Shown in pieces: positions 9,322 through 19,209 of a DNA stretch of 64,000 nt; position 1 is the stretch's first letter; each line of letters opens with the position of its first letter. The position numbers and the translations under genes are program-made. The stretch spans positions 64,001 through 128,000 of the forward strand of contig JAPDJW010000003.1 in assembly GCA_029258885.1 (NCBI GenBank), given 5' to 3'. The stretch is from Thermoproteota archaeon (GTDB lineage: Archaea > Thermoproteota > Thermoprotei > Thermofilales > B9-G17). Under the pieces are notes generated by a model, which had not been told where the DNA came from, did not search any database, and saw only the letters and a program-made list of their open reading frames with translations.

Positions 9322-10338
9322 ATGAGGCTTAAAGTAGGCGTTATAGGAGTGGGTATTCAGGGACAGCAACATATTCTTGCATATAAGTCACATCCTTTAG
9401 TTGAGCTTATTGCAGCCGCCGATGTAGATGAAGCTAAGCTTAAGAGGGTATGTGGCGAGTACAATGTTCCTAAAGGGTATACAGATTATAGGGATATGAT
9501 AGATAAAGAAGAGCTTGATCTCGTTTCGGTAGTTACACCTGATTTTCTTCACTATGAGCCTGTAACCTATGCCTTAAAGGGGGATGTTAACGTTATTGTC
9601 GAGAAGCCTCTTTCCGTGGATGTGAGAGAGGCTAGTGAAATGGTAAATTTAGCTAGATCTAGAGGCTTAATGTTATTTACTAACTTTTCAAATAGATGGA
9701 ATCCTCCATTCGCTATAGCACGTGAAAAGATAGTTAGTGGGAAAATGGGTAGGCCAGTCTATGCGTATTTTAGGCTAAGTGATACGGTGTATGTTCCGTT
9801 CAAGATGTTATCTTGGGCTTCAAAGACAAACGTAGTGTTTTTCCTTATGAGCCATACAGTGGATTTAGCTAGGTGGATATTTAACGATGAGGTAGAGTCA
9901 GTCTATGCTACCGCCTCTAGGAGAATATTGAGGTCCAAAGGTGTAGATACTTATGACTATGTCCTAGCCATCCTAAATTTCAAGAGAGGAAGTAAGGCTC
10001 TACTCGAGTCATCATGGATACTCCCTGAATCCCTACCCACGATAGTTGATTTTAGAGCTGAAATATTATGCGAAGGCGGCTGTGTTTTCATAGATGACTA
10101 TAGGCAAGGCATAGAAGCTTCAGCCGAGAAATACACTTTCCCCAAGTATGCTGGAGGCTATGTTATTAACGACAGATACACGGGATTCAATAGAGAGTCG
10201 ATACACCATGCGGTAGATTCATTATTAAATGGACGTGAACCATCCATAAAACCCGAGGATGGGTTAGCGAATACAATAATACTCTGTAGCATAATTAAAT
10301 CTATTGAAAGCGGGGAAAAGGTTTACATACATCAATAA
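9322..10338 (+). CDS. Gfo/Idh/MocA family oxidoreductase
   Basis: GVIGVGIQG Rossmann motif, VEKP, NRWNP. Confidence 0.92.
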   Translation: MRLKVGVIGVGIQGQQHILAYKSHPLVELIAAADVDEAKLKRVCGEYNVPKGYTDYRDMIDKEELDLVSVVTPDFLHYEPVTYALKGDVNVIVEKPLSVDVREASEMVNLARSRGLMLFTNFSNRWNPPFAIAREKIVSGKMGRPVYAYFRLSDTVYVPFKMLSWASKTNVVFFLMSHTVDLARWIFNDEVESVYATASRRILRSKGVDTYDYVLAILNFKRGSKALLESSWILPESLPTIVDFRAEILCEGGCVFIDDYRQGIEASAEKYTFPKYAGGYVINDRYTGFNRESIHHAVDSLLNGREPSIKPEDGLANTIILCSIIKSIESGEKVYIHQ

Positions 10339-10394
10339 TTTTACGTCTATCTTGGACCTCCGATTACAGCGGCTTAGAAATACACGTACTTTAA

Positions 10395-11156
10395 CTACTC
10401 CAGCCTATATACGGCCATTTTAACACTTGGATTATTGGCCCTATAGAACCCAACGGCTCGTCTATCGCCTGCTGTACCCTTTAGGCTTCTGAAGACTCTA
10501 ACTACGCTTAAGTATTTCGAGCCTTTCCCTCTAGCTATCCTCAATGCTTCAGAGAGAAGTCTTGTGCCAATTCTTTTTCTCCAGTATTGCCTGACGACAT
10601 GAATGCCATAGTCTATGTTAAAGTTGTTAACGTTAAGATATGCAAGTGCAACGGGTTCATCATTTAGATATCCTAACAGCACTACGTGATCGTCCGGTCT
10701 CGGTGGTATAAAGAAGCCCCAGCTTTTCCTATGGATGCCTTCAAAAACTTTTATGTACCTATTATTCCAGCTTTTGAGGATTTCAATTCTGACATCGATA
10801 TTCGGTTTCAGTATTTTACTGTTTACGTCCCAGAGGTATAGTATCCCCCTAGCGTCAACGGTATCTAGACCGAGGGGGTAATCCTCTGGAATTATTAGGA
10901 TCCGTGTTAAATCCTCGTATTCATGTATAATCGTGAGGGCTTTTTCAACCTTATCCGCTTCTTCGGCAATAGCTATAACGGCTTTCCTAATTCTCCTCCT
11001 GATAAGCCAGTCTACGCCGATAGTAAATACCCCGTCAATTTCATCAACTAGCCAAATGTCTTTCACCCTCTTAGCCCAGAAGATCATGAGCTTTCCCAGC
11101 TCAATATACCAGCTGACAAAATTCCCTATAGTCATATTCTTAAACATATGCATCAC
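10395..11156 (-). CDS. GNAT family N-acetyltransferase (C-terminal domain)
   Basis: IHVVRQYWRKRIGTRLL motif A; AVGFYR. Confidence 0.8.
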   Translation of the reverse strand: MMHMFKNMTIGNFVSWYIELGKLMIFWAKRVKDIWLVDEIDGVFTIGVDWLIRRRIRKAVIAIAEEADKVEKALTIIHEYEDLTRILIIPEDYPLGLDTVDARGILYLWDVNSKILKPNIDVRIEILKSWNNRYIKVFEGIHRKSWGFFIPPRPDDHVVLLGYLNDEPVALAYLNVNNFNIDYGIHVVRQYWRKRIGTRLLSEALRIARGKGSKYLSVVRVFRSLKGTAGDRRAVGFYRANNPSVKMAVYRLE

Positions 11157-11494
11157 GCCCAGGACATGAATGATTAGTACACGAGAAATTTAAATATAGG
11201 TGGACAATAGAGCATTAACGAAGGCAAATAGGCATCCAATCTTAGGACTTTATATAATACTTGTCGCACTAAACGTACCTATATTTTTCCGTATATTTAC
11301 TGGGATTTAAAACTCAGATATCGAATTTCAACCACAACTCATAAACAGGCAAAATAGTGTTCTAGATCTATAGCTAGGCACATACAGCGGTCTTTCATCG
11401 CTATAAGATTGAACATGTATAACTATTTTTCACCTTAAGTATATGTATGATAGGTACACAAGAGATTTAAATATGGCTGGATAGCAGGATATCG

Positions 11495-12238
11495 ATGAAG
11501 GTGAATAAGTATCTGGCTCTGGGAATTTGCCTAATAGCTGTTCTCAGCATAATAGGTATGTTTAATGTACTCAGGTTCGATACGAACTTAAATGTAGAAG
11601 CTAAGCCTTCAAGCAACATCAGTATTAAGATAGTAAACTGTACCATTACCTCGATATCAAATGGAACAATTACCGTAGAATCCGACGAGTTCAGCGGGGA
11701 GATCGCAGGAGGAGGCAAATGGTTTTTCCTATACAATGGAACCATAGGCCTAGGAAACTGGAGCAAAATTTGCAGCTATATTAAGGAGGGATCTGCTGAA
11801 ATAGTTTTCCTATTGAATGGTGGAAATGAAAGTATTCTCTTAGCGCTTAAACAGGGAGACTTAAAGTTATTTAAATACCTACTAGTTAAACATAATGTCG
11901 TAAAACACCTAGGCACAAGAAACTACTTCAGTGTCTACGGAAAGATACTGTATAAGGGCAAGAACTTCCTACTAGTTAGCATCAGAGGATACAGGGTAAT
12001 AGTATTTATTGGAGCCGAGAGCAAGTGGTATAAGGCAGGTGGAGGAATCGTAACGTGGAGCGAGGTAAGCAGCGAGTTTAACGTAGGCGATACAATTAGG
12101 ATATTCTATCACAGCATATTTATATTCAAAAACACCTTTGCAAAATACTCTGGATTTAGTGCCATAATAACTGGGTATAGCGGCGCAATAATAGATTTAA
12201 CATCTGGAGTATCAATCTCGAGATATATTGAAGGATAA
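11495..12238 (+). CDS. membrane-anchored hypothetical protein, possibly two OB-like repeats
   Basis: N-terminal TM; two similar beta-rich halves (GGGKW...W...GSAEI / ESKW...W...GDTIRI). Confidence 0.55.
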   Translation: MKVNKYLALGICLIAVLSIIGMFNVLRFDTNLNVEAKPSSNISIKIVNCTITSISNGTITVESDEFSGEIAGGGKWFFLYNGTIGLGNWSKICSYIKEGSAEIVFLLNGGNESILLALKQGDLKLFKYLLVKHNVVKHLGTRNYFSVYGKILYKGKNFLLVSIRGYRVIVFIGAESKWYKAGGGIVTWSEVSSEFNVGDTIRIFYHSIFIFKNTFAKYSGFSAIITGYSGAIIDLTSGVSISRYIEG

Positions 12239-12360
12239 TATAATCCTCCTATTTTTTTATCTAGAAAAATTTATTAAGACTATACGCTATTTTTGAATGG
12301 TGATGTGGTGGAGGTACGGGAAATGGAAATTTATCTAAGTGCTCCATAAGGCCCGAGTAC

Positions 12361-13506
12361 GTGTATTATTTAGTGTCGCTTCTATACGGCGCTTCAACAT
12401 CGTTTATAGCTCCCATATACGTCGTATTCCTGCTTAATAGGGGTCTAGATTATAAGGGAGTAGCACTCATAGACGGCTTCTTCTCCGTATCAATAGCACT
12501 GCTAGACTATCCTACGGGAGGAATTGCCGATAAATACGGCAGAGGACGTACGACGGCCCTAGCCTGCCTATTCCTAGGATTAGGCTTGCTCAGCTACAGC
12601 TTCTCGAGAAACCTGTATCAATTCCTATTCTCAGAGTTCCTAGCGGCAGTTGGAGCAGCGCTCTACAGTGGAGCCTTTACAGCATGGCTTGTCGACTCGC
12701 TAAAGGAGGAGAATAGGGACCGTGATCTATCAGTTGTCTTCGGCAACGCAGAGGTATTATCGTTAATAGTAAGCTCCACTGGATCGCTTATAGGGGGATT
12801 AGTAGCCGAATACTCTCTAGAGCTACCATTTGCATTAGGATCCCTATTATGTTTCACGGCCGTGCCGATAGCGTTAATCCTTACACGTGGAAGAGGAGAA
12901 GTATATTCAAAGGAGGAGAGGAGGTATACTGATTTCCTTAGAAGTGGCATACACGTATTTCTTAGGAATAAGCCGTTAATACTGTTAACACTAGCCACAT
13001 CATTAATGGCTTTAGCTAGACCTAGCTTCACCTTAACGTGGGCTCCATACATGGAGTGCCTTGGAGCCGAGAAATGGCTCCTAGGACTAACAGGTTCGCT
13101 ATTCATGGCTATAATGGGGCTGGGAAGCTATATGGGAGGCAGGCTCGCCGTAAAGCTCGGCTACAGGCTAACTTCATGCATATCAGTTGTCTTTATATCA
13201 TCATCTCTCCTTGCCATATTGGTAGCAAACAACCCCTACGTGTTCATTATTTCAAGCCTTCCCCTAGAGGCGGGGCTTGGACTAATGATACCAACTATGG
13301 ATGCGTGGATAAATAGGTACATTCCAAGCAGGGAGAGGGCAACCGTAATAAGCCTACGTAGAACACTAATTATTCCCTTTAGAGTGCTGGGTACGGCAGC
13401 AATGGGTATTCTAAGTGACCTGGAGTCGCCTAGACTCGCCTACATATTCGCTTTTGCCGTAAATCTGCTAGCTCTACCACTATACATTAAAGTTAAAGAC
13501 GAGTAG
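12361..13506 (+). CDS. MFS transporter
   Basis: PTGGIADKYGRGR motif A, about 12 TM, IPSRERATVIS. Confidence 0.92.
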   Translation: MYYLVSLLYGASTSFIAPIYVVFLLNRGLDYKGVALIDGFFSVSIALLDYPTGGIADKYGRGRTTALACLFLGLGLLSYSFSRNLYQFLFSEFLAAVGAALYSGAFTAWLVDSLKEENRDRDLSVVFGNAEVLSLIVSSTGSLIGGLVAEYSLELPFALGSLLCFTAVPIALILTRGRGEVYSKEERRYTDFLRSGIHVFLRNKPLILLTLATSLMALARPSFTLTWAPYMECLGAEKWLLGLTGSLFMAIMGLGSYMGGRLAVKLGYRLTSCISVVFISSSLLAILVANNPYVFIISSLPLEAGLGLMIPTMDAWINRYIPSRERATVISLRRTLIIPFRVLGTAAMGILSDLESPRLAYIFAFAVNLLALPLYIKVKDE

Positions 13507-13635
13507 TGCATCTCTTCCATTCAAATCATGGAGTTCCAAATAAGCATATACGATAATTTCGATGATTATTTCCTACATATTTATTAGCATCAACGATATG
13601 TAATATAGGAGTAGTAGCTATCTAGGTGTAAGCTG

Positions 13636-13995
13636 ATGGGCTACATTAAGGTTAAGGCTACGGTTGCTAACCCATTTAATAGGGACGTAAAGCTGGACGT
13701 GGAGTTCGTGGCTGATACGGGCGCAATCTATACGATGATACCTAAATCCATAGCTGAAGAGTTAAAGCTGGAGGAGACGGGCAGAAGAAGGTTTAAGATC
13801 GCAAGCGGCGAGACTGTGGAGTACCCTGTTTCAGAGGCATACATCACCGTGGAGGATAGGGGTGTAACAAGCCTCGTCGTAATAGGCCCAGAAAAATCCA
13901 TTCCATTGCTGGGAACTACCACCCTAGAGTTACTCGGCCTTCAGGTGGATCCAGCATCGGGGAAGCTTAAGCCCCTGGAGTTAATGATGCTTTAG
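13636..13995 (+). CDS. clan AA (retropepsin-like) aspartic protease
   Basis: FVADTGA catalytic motif and PLLGTTTLE. Confidence 0.85.
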   Translation: MGYIKVKATVANPFNRDVKLDVEFVADTGAIYTMIPKSIAEELKLEETGRRRFKIASGETVEYPVSEAYITVEDRGVTSLVVIGPEKSIPLLGTTTLELLGLQVDPASGKLKPLELMML

Positions 13996-14110
13996 CTAAA
14001 CTAGCTGTTTGATCGATATATAGTGGTTGAGGCTTAACATTCTTTTCACAACCATAAATTTATCACTTCAAAAAACTTGAATATATTAAGTACTCTCTGG
14101 GTGTTAGGCT

Positions 14111-14752
14111 ATGGGCAGCATCCTGAAGCCTATCCTCCTATCTCTCGTATATCTGGTAGCTGTAATTTTAGCTGGCTTTTTAGCTGGCAGCTTCACCTAT
14201 CTTTTAACGGGGAGTATCGTCACGGCTGGCATTGTCACTCAGGCGGTTTTTACGGCTATACCTATAGCTACAATCACCCTGCTTCACCAAAACCTAGCCG
14301 ACTACGGATTCAAATCAGCTAATCGAAAAATTCTTCTGTCGATACCCGTCTCCCTAATATTTTCATTTCCGCTGGCTATTGTAAGCATATATCTTAGCGA
14401 AAACTATACTCCACCAATAGCTTTAGAGGATATACGTATTATGTTACTGCTAGCCATAGTAGTCTCTCCAATTGGCGAGGAGGTTTTATTTAGGGGCTTT
14501 ATAGAGGGCTATCTACTAAAGCATACCGATAGGTGGATAGCTATAGCAATGCCGGCTCTACTGTTCTCTGCAATGCATATAGTGCCCTACATCTCAGCTC
14601 CACTACCAGCTCTATTGCTTATATTACTCGGAGCGTTCATCCTTGGGATGTTAGCCGGATACTACAGAGCTGTATACGGGTCACTAATCCCAGCCGTTAT
14701 CGTTCATTCAGTTTTCAATCTTTCAGGAATAGTTGTATGGCTTTGCCTCTAA
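14111..14752 (+). CDS. CPBP (CAAX/Abi) intramembrane glutamic endopeptidase
   Basis: EEVLFRG, FSAMH, HSVFN motifs. Confidence 0.92.
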   Translation: MGSILKPILLSLVYLVAVILAGFLAGSFTYLLTGSIVTAGIVTQAVFTAIPIATITLLHQNLADYGFKSANRKILLSIPVSLIFSFPLAIVSIYLSENYTPPIALEDIRIMLLLAIVVSPIGEEVLFRGFIEGYLLKHTDRWIAIAMPALLFSAMHIVPYISAPLPALLLILLGAFILGMLAGYYRAVYGSLIPAVIVHSVFNLSGIVVWLCL

Positions 14753-14820
14753 CTAGAAAAGTATATTAGCTATGAATAAGTATAATTGTTTGAAAGCCGT
14801 AGCATCTTGGGTGCTATACC

Positions 14821-16458
14821 ATGCAGTTTACTAGGAGGAAGGTGGTTGCTCTCCTAGTTGCTCTAGTAATAGTGGCCATAACAGCCTACATGCTCCTCCC
14901 CTCTCTCCTCCAGAGGCCATGCGTATCTATAGCAAGCTATGAGTTTAAGGTTAAATTAAGCGGCTGGAGGATAATGCGAGTAATAGAAGTCTATCTGGAG
15001 AACAGCGGCACCGATAACGTGACAATATCTCTAGTGAAAGTTAATGGAGAGGAGTGGAGTCTCTGGTCTCCCCAGGACCTAATGATAAAGCCTGGAGATA
15101 GGGGATGTATCGAGATACGGTATCCTTGGAATAACGATGAGCTTGAGGTATCAATAGAAACCAGCGGAGGAGAAGTGAAGTTCAAGGATAAGGCTCCAGC
15201 CTTCAACGGAGTTAAAATAGTGCTACTAAACGCCTACAACCAGACTATAAGTGAGCTAGTGCATCTAGAGATGTATTTTAAGGATGGAGAATGCAAGAGA
15301 GGATTCATAAGAATACTCGACGACGAGGGGCTTGAAGTAGAATCCCAAATGTGGGGAGTGGTGGAGTATGAGAGCGGCTATGTGAGAACAGCCATAATCA
15401 GCTTCCCCATATCCCTGAGGCCTGGAGAGCACGTGGAGTATAGGCTAGAGGTGGGCGAGAAATCGGCCTATGCAGGGACGGAATCCCCCTACATTTCCAT
15501 TAAGCAGACCGGAAACTATACGCTGATAGAAAACGGTGTACTAACTGTAAGATTCAAAGAATACGAAGTTATCTCAGGGAGGCTGTTTAAGTACGGCGGC
15601 GTAATAGACTACTTCGGAAACCAAAAGATAAACTTCGCAAAGCTATATGAGCCACCGAACTCCACAAGATCAGGCCTAAACTTCTTCCACGGCATGCTAG
15701 ACTCTTTCTTCGAGTTCGGATACGATAAAAGATACGCCCTGCTCGTAAAAACCGATACCTGGATAGATTCAAGAGGCCCACTGCTAGCAGTATATGCTAG
15801 GAAGTGGTCGCTGGGAGGGGATAGGGGATACGTCTACGAGTTCTTCGGCATACCCGTAGACAGCAAATACATACTCTATAGGTGCGTGGTTGAGGTAAAT
15901 AGGGAGTTTAGCGTAGGTCCAAACCCAGGTCCAGGAGCTGGGGGATACGAGTTCTATAATCCCGCGGGAATGGGGGAGATGGGCGTACCCCACCTAGCAG
16001 TAGTAGGCGCCACATACTACCTGATCGAAAGTGAAGACATATACTATCCACCTTGGCCCGGAGTAGATATTTGGATAAAGCATTCAATAGCCCTATGCGT
16101 AGACTTTAACCTGGGGGTAGGAATATCCTTAGTTGTAAACGATGAGGCTGCACCGTTAGGCTACTGGCACATATCCACTACGAAGTGGCCCTGGGAGGAC
16201 GAATATTCGTCGGACATGATATTCCTAGCAGGAATACACGAGAATATGCTGTGCTACGACGGCCAAAACATATCGAAGGAACCATACGCTAGTGAAAGGG
16301 AGGTAAAGCCTAGAGGTTCCGCGACCTACAGGAGGGGAGTATACAGTTACCTCTTCGCCGTCAGGGCGATAATTGGAGAAGACGCCTTAACAATTTTAAA
16401 ATACATGAACAATCTATACGAGGGCAGAATACTCAAGCTAAACGTAGAGAAGCTATAG
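14821..16458 (+). CDS. membrane-anchored extracellular protein, Ig-like plus beta-sandwich domains
   Basis: N-terminal TM; VYLENSG...ISLVKVNG Ig-like start; aromatic beta-rich C-terminal half. Confidence 0.65.
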   Translation: MQFTRRKVVALLVALVIVAITAYMLLPSLLQRPCVSIASYEFKVKLSGWRIMRVIEVYLENSGTDNVTISLVKVNGEEWSLWSPQDLMIKPGDRGCIEIRYPWNNDELEVSIETSGGEVKFKDKAPAFNGVKIVLLNAYNQTISELVHLEMYFKDGECKRGFIRILDDEGLEVESQMWGVVEYESGYVRTAIISFPISLRPGEHVEYRLEVGEKSAYAGTESPYISIKQTGNYTLIENGVLTVRFKEYEVISGRLFKYGGVIDYFGNQKINFAKLYEPPNSTRSGLNFFHGMLDSFFEFGYDKRYALLVKTDTWIDSRGPLLAVYARKWSLGGDRGYVYEFFGIPVDSKYILYRCVVEVNREFSVGPNPGPGAGGYEFYNPAGMGEMGVPHLAVVGATYYLIESEDIYYPPWPGVDIWIKHSIALCVDFNLGVGISLVVNDEAAPLGYWHISTTKWPWEDEYSSDMIFLAGIHENMLCYDGQNISKEPYASEREVKPRGSATYRRGVYSYLFAVRAIIGEDALTILKYMNNLYEGRILKLNVEKL

Positions 16459-16600
16459 CATAATGTATTTAAAGTAGCCGTAAGTTAGAGAGCAAATTTA
16501 TATTATATATGTTTATGTGGAATTAAATCGGTCGGATAATTGTTATATTAGGCGAATAAATTTTAATAATTGTATTAATGAAGTGCTGTAGGGTTAATGG

Positions 16601-16858
16601 ATGAATGAAGTTGTTACTGTTACTCGGAAATTTCAGATTACAATACCTAAGAGAGTTAGGGAGAAGCTAAGGATAAATGTGGGCGATAAACTTCTTGTAA
16701 AAGTAGTAGATGATAAGATAGTTATGGTGCCTATTAGAGGTGCTGTTGCACTAAAGAAGCTTTCTACAATCGCCGATAGGTTACTCGGAGGATCCAGAAA
16801 ATTGAATGCAGTAAAGCTGATTGAAGAGTCGCTTAAAGAGGAGACAGGGATTACTTAA
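16601..16858 (+). CDS. AbrB/MazE/SpoVT family DNA-binding protein (orphan VapB-type antitoxin)
   Basis: VTRKFQITIPKRVREKLRINVGDKL motif. Confidence 0.9.
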   Translation: MNEVVTVTRKFQITIPKRVREKLRINVGDKLLVKVVDDKIVMVPIRGAVALKKLSTIADRLLGGSRKLNAVKLIEESLKEETGIT

Positions 16859-16945
16859 AGGGAGATGATCCAATCTGTAAGCTAGATTATAGCTATAAAA
16901 ATACGGCTATATTTTATGTATTAAATATTCGTCTATATGCTTATG

Positions 16946-17803
16946 TTAAATTAAGGTTCCTCTCTTAAAGTGTTTTTTGAGGCCGAGTTTGAATAATAGA
17001 TAGCCTATGAGGGGAAATGCTATGGCTTGGATAATTAGGATCTCGAGTGATAATGTATCGATGCCCTTACCGATTAGTAGTATGTTTCTCAAGCATGTTA
17101 GCGTATGGGTATGTGGGAGAATTAGTGCAATATATTGGAGAGCTATGGGTAGTGTTTCTACGGGAAAGTATGTGCCGGAGATTATTTTCGAGAGTAGCCT
17201 TATAGTCCATTGAACAGGTTCAGCGCCTCTATAGACTCCTATATAAAGATAGACGCCAGCTGAAACCATGCCTATTCCTAAGGTAGCTATAATTCCAAGT
17301 ATAAAGGTTAATAAGGCCAGTAGTAGTCCATCCGGCGATATATTCAGCCTCAGTCCGAATCCCAGGTAGCCGACAAGCAGGTATATTACAGCTATAATAC
17401 ACGTCCTAAAATACTCCCAGAACATTACCCCAATTAGCCAGTAGCGGTGTTCAATATTATACATGCTTAAGTACTCCTGATAGCTCAACCTTTGAAGGGC
17501 CGTTGAATAACTGCTTTGAAAGAGGTTTCTAACGATCGAAAATATGCCGGAGACGTTATAGTTCAGGAATCTACTTGCAATTATCCCAATTAAAAGGAAG
17601 TGTATTGGGTTAACGCTGTACTTTTCCTCGAAAGCGTACGATCCCCCCAGCGCATTAACAAAGAAAAACCACAGTAAAATATCTATCACTAACTGCACAA
17701 CCTCGAACGGAAACACCCATACAAAGTACGCGTATTTAGTTGCAAAATGCATTTTACCCATAGCCTTTATCACTCTAACTAAAAGCTTAAACCTAACTAT
17801 CAT
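16946..17803 (-). CDS. ABC-2 type exporter permease
   Basis: 6 TM; SGTYFPVETLP...LPHTH. Confidence 0.88.
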   Translation of the reverse strand: MIVRFKLLVRVIKAMGKMHFATKYAYFVWVFPFEVVQLVIDILLWFFFVNALGGSYAFEEKYSVNPIHFLLIGIIASRFLNYNVSGIFSIVRNLFQSSYSTALQRLSYQEYLSMYNIEHRYWLIGVMFWEYFRTCIIAVIYLLVGYLGFGLRLNISPDGLLLALLTFILGIIATLGIGMVSAGVYLYIGVYRGAEPVQWTIRLLSKIISGTYFPVETLPIALQYIALILPHTHTLTCLRNILLIGKGIDTLSLEILIIQAIAFPLIGYLLFKLGLKKHFKRGTLI

Positions 17804-18834
17804 TTCTCAACACCCAGATACATTATATAGGCCTCCTCAAAGCTCCTCGGAATAACCTTTATCCTCCTAACATACCCCTCCCGTAGGCTAGAAACAATCT
17901 CCTTTAAAAGTTCATAGGCTTCGGAGGAGGAACAGTATATTCTAGCCCTATTCCCTGACACTTCAACTTCACCGCCTAACGTAAATACATCCCTATACCC
18001 GTTGTAAAGCTCGATCTCGATGCATGTATCTTTACCCTTAAAAACGGTATTTGTAAAGTCTAATGTCGTTCCATAGAATAACTTCCTACCCCTACATAAA
18101 ATCAGTACCTTATCAAATACATCGACAAGCTCCGAGGGGTAATGGGTCGCATATATCACAGTCCTCCCCTCCCTCTTCAGCTCCTCAAGAAGCCTCTTAA
18201 AAAGCATCCTACCCTCAGGGGATAAAGCCACCGCAGGCTCATCAAACAAGTAGAGATCCGCCTCCTTAGCTAAGTGCAACGCAAGGACGGCTCTAGCCAC
18301 TAACCCAGTCGATAATGCGCCAAGCCTGGTATCCAGATAGTCTTTAAGGTCAAATAAATCAGCCATCTTTAAAGCCCTCGCAGGATTTAATCCGAGAAGC
18401 TCACAGGTTATCATAAGGTTCCTTTCAACACTTAACGCCGCATCAAAAAACGCTGTACCCAGCATTACGTTTGGAATAAGCGATACCCTCCTCCTCACTT
18501 CACGTAAATGCTCCCTACTACTATATGGATCTTCCCCGAAGATCTTCAGACTACCTTTAGAGTACGGAAGTATTCCAGCTAATATCTTAAGCAGAGTAGT
18601 CTTGCCAGCGCCATTCGGCCCCAGCATTAGAACGAACTCCGATTCCCTAACAGTAAAAGATACGTCGCGGAGAGCATAGCTAACACTCTCATATTGCCCC
18701 TTAAGCCTCCTATAAACGTAGTTCACAATAGCAGTAGGCATATTAATTGGACCACCTACAGTCTTAGCCTTCCTAAATGATCTCCACAAATTCCTGGCCT
18801 CCACCACTATGTTACCACAAGATTGCTCTATCAC
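17800..18834 (-). CDS. ABC exporter ATP-binding subunit
   Basis: GPNGAGKT, degenerate signature LSTG, LFDEP, ATH. Confidence 0.92.
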   Translation of the reverse strand: MIEQSCGNIVVEARNLWRSFRKAKTVGGPINMPTAIVNYVYRRLKGQYESVSYALRDVSFTVRESEFVLMLGPNGAGKTTLLKILAGILPYSKGSLKIFGEDPYSSREHLREVRRRVSLIPNVMLGTAFFDAALSVERNLMITCELLGLNPARALKMADLFDLKDYLDTRLGALSTGLVARAVLALHLAKEADLYLFDEPAVALSPEGRMLFKRLLEELKREGRTVIYATHYPSELVDVFDKVLILCRGRKLFYGTTLDFTNTVFKGKDTCIEIELYNGYRDVFTLGGEVEVSGNRARIYCSSSEAYELLKEIVSSLREGYVRRIKVIPRSFEEAYIMYLGVEK

Positions 18835-19209
18835 GGATATCCCCCAATACCGATACCACCAGTCCCGGCTCTAGGTAACTGGAAATATTACTTTTAACTT
18901 CATTGGGCGATATACAATATTTCAAACTAAGCCCACTAATTATCTCTCTAATTCTACACCCATATACCGGATACAGTTTTATTTAACCCCCTCCCAAAAA
19001 TATCTCCTATATTTCATCCTTCTCAGATAAGAAATCTGGTTTTTCAACATAGCCCACCAATATATAATGAAACTACCTAATATTTTTTCCTTTGTAAGGA
19101 GGAATAAAATAATAATCACCTAAACTCATACCCATTCCTGCCAATATCCTAGTTAATAATAGTATTTACTTACGTAAATATTGTAGGGAGAAGATTGTAG
19201 GGGTGAAGA

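Noticed and set aside
12296-12360. Possible one-base frameshift extending the MFS N-terminus (MVMWWRYGKWKF...)
   Set aside because: The MFS core is complete from 12361 and the extension cannot be validated without homologues
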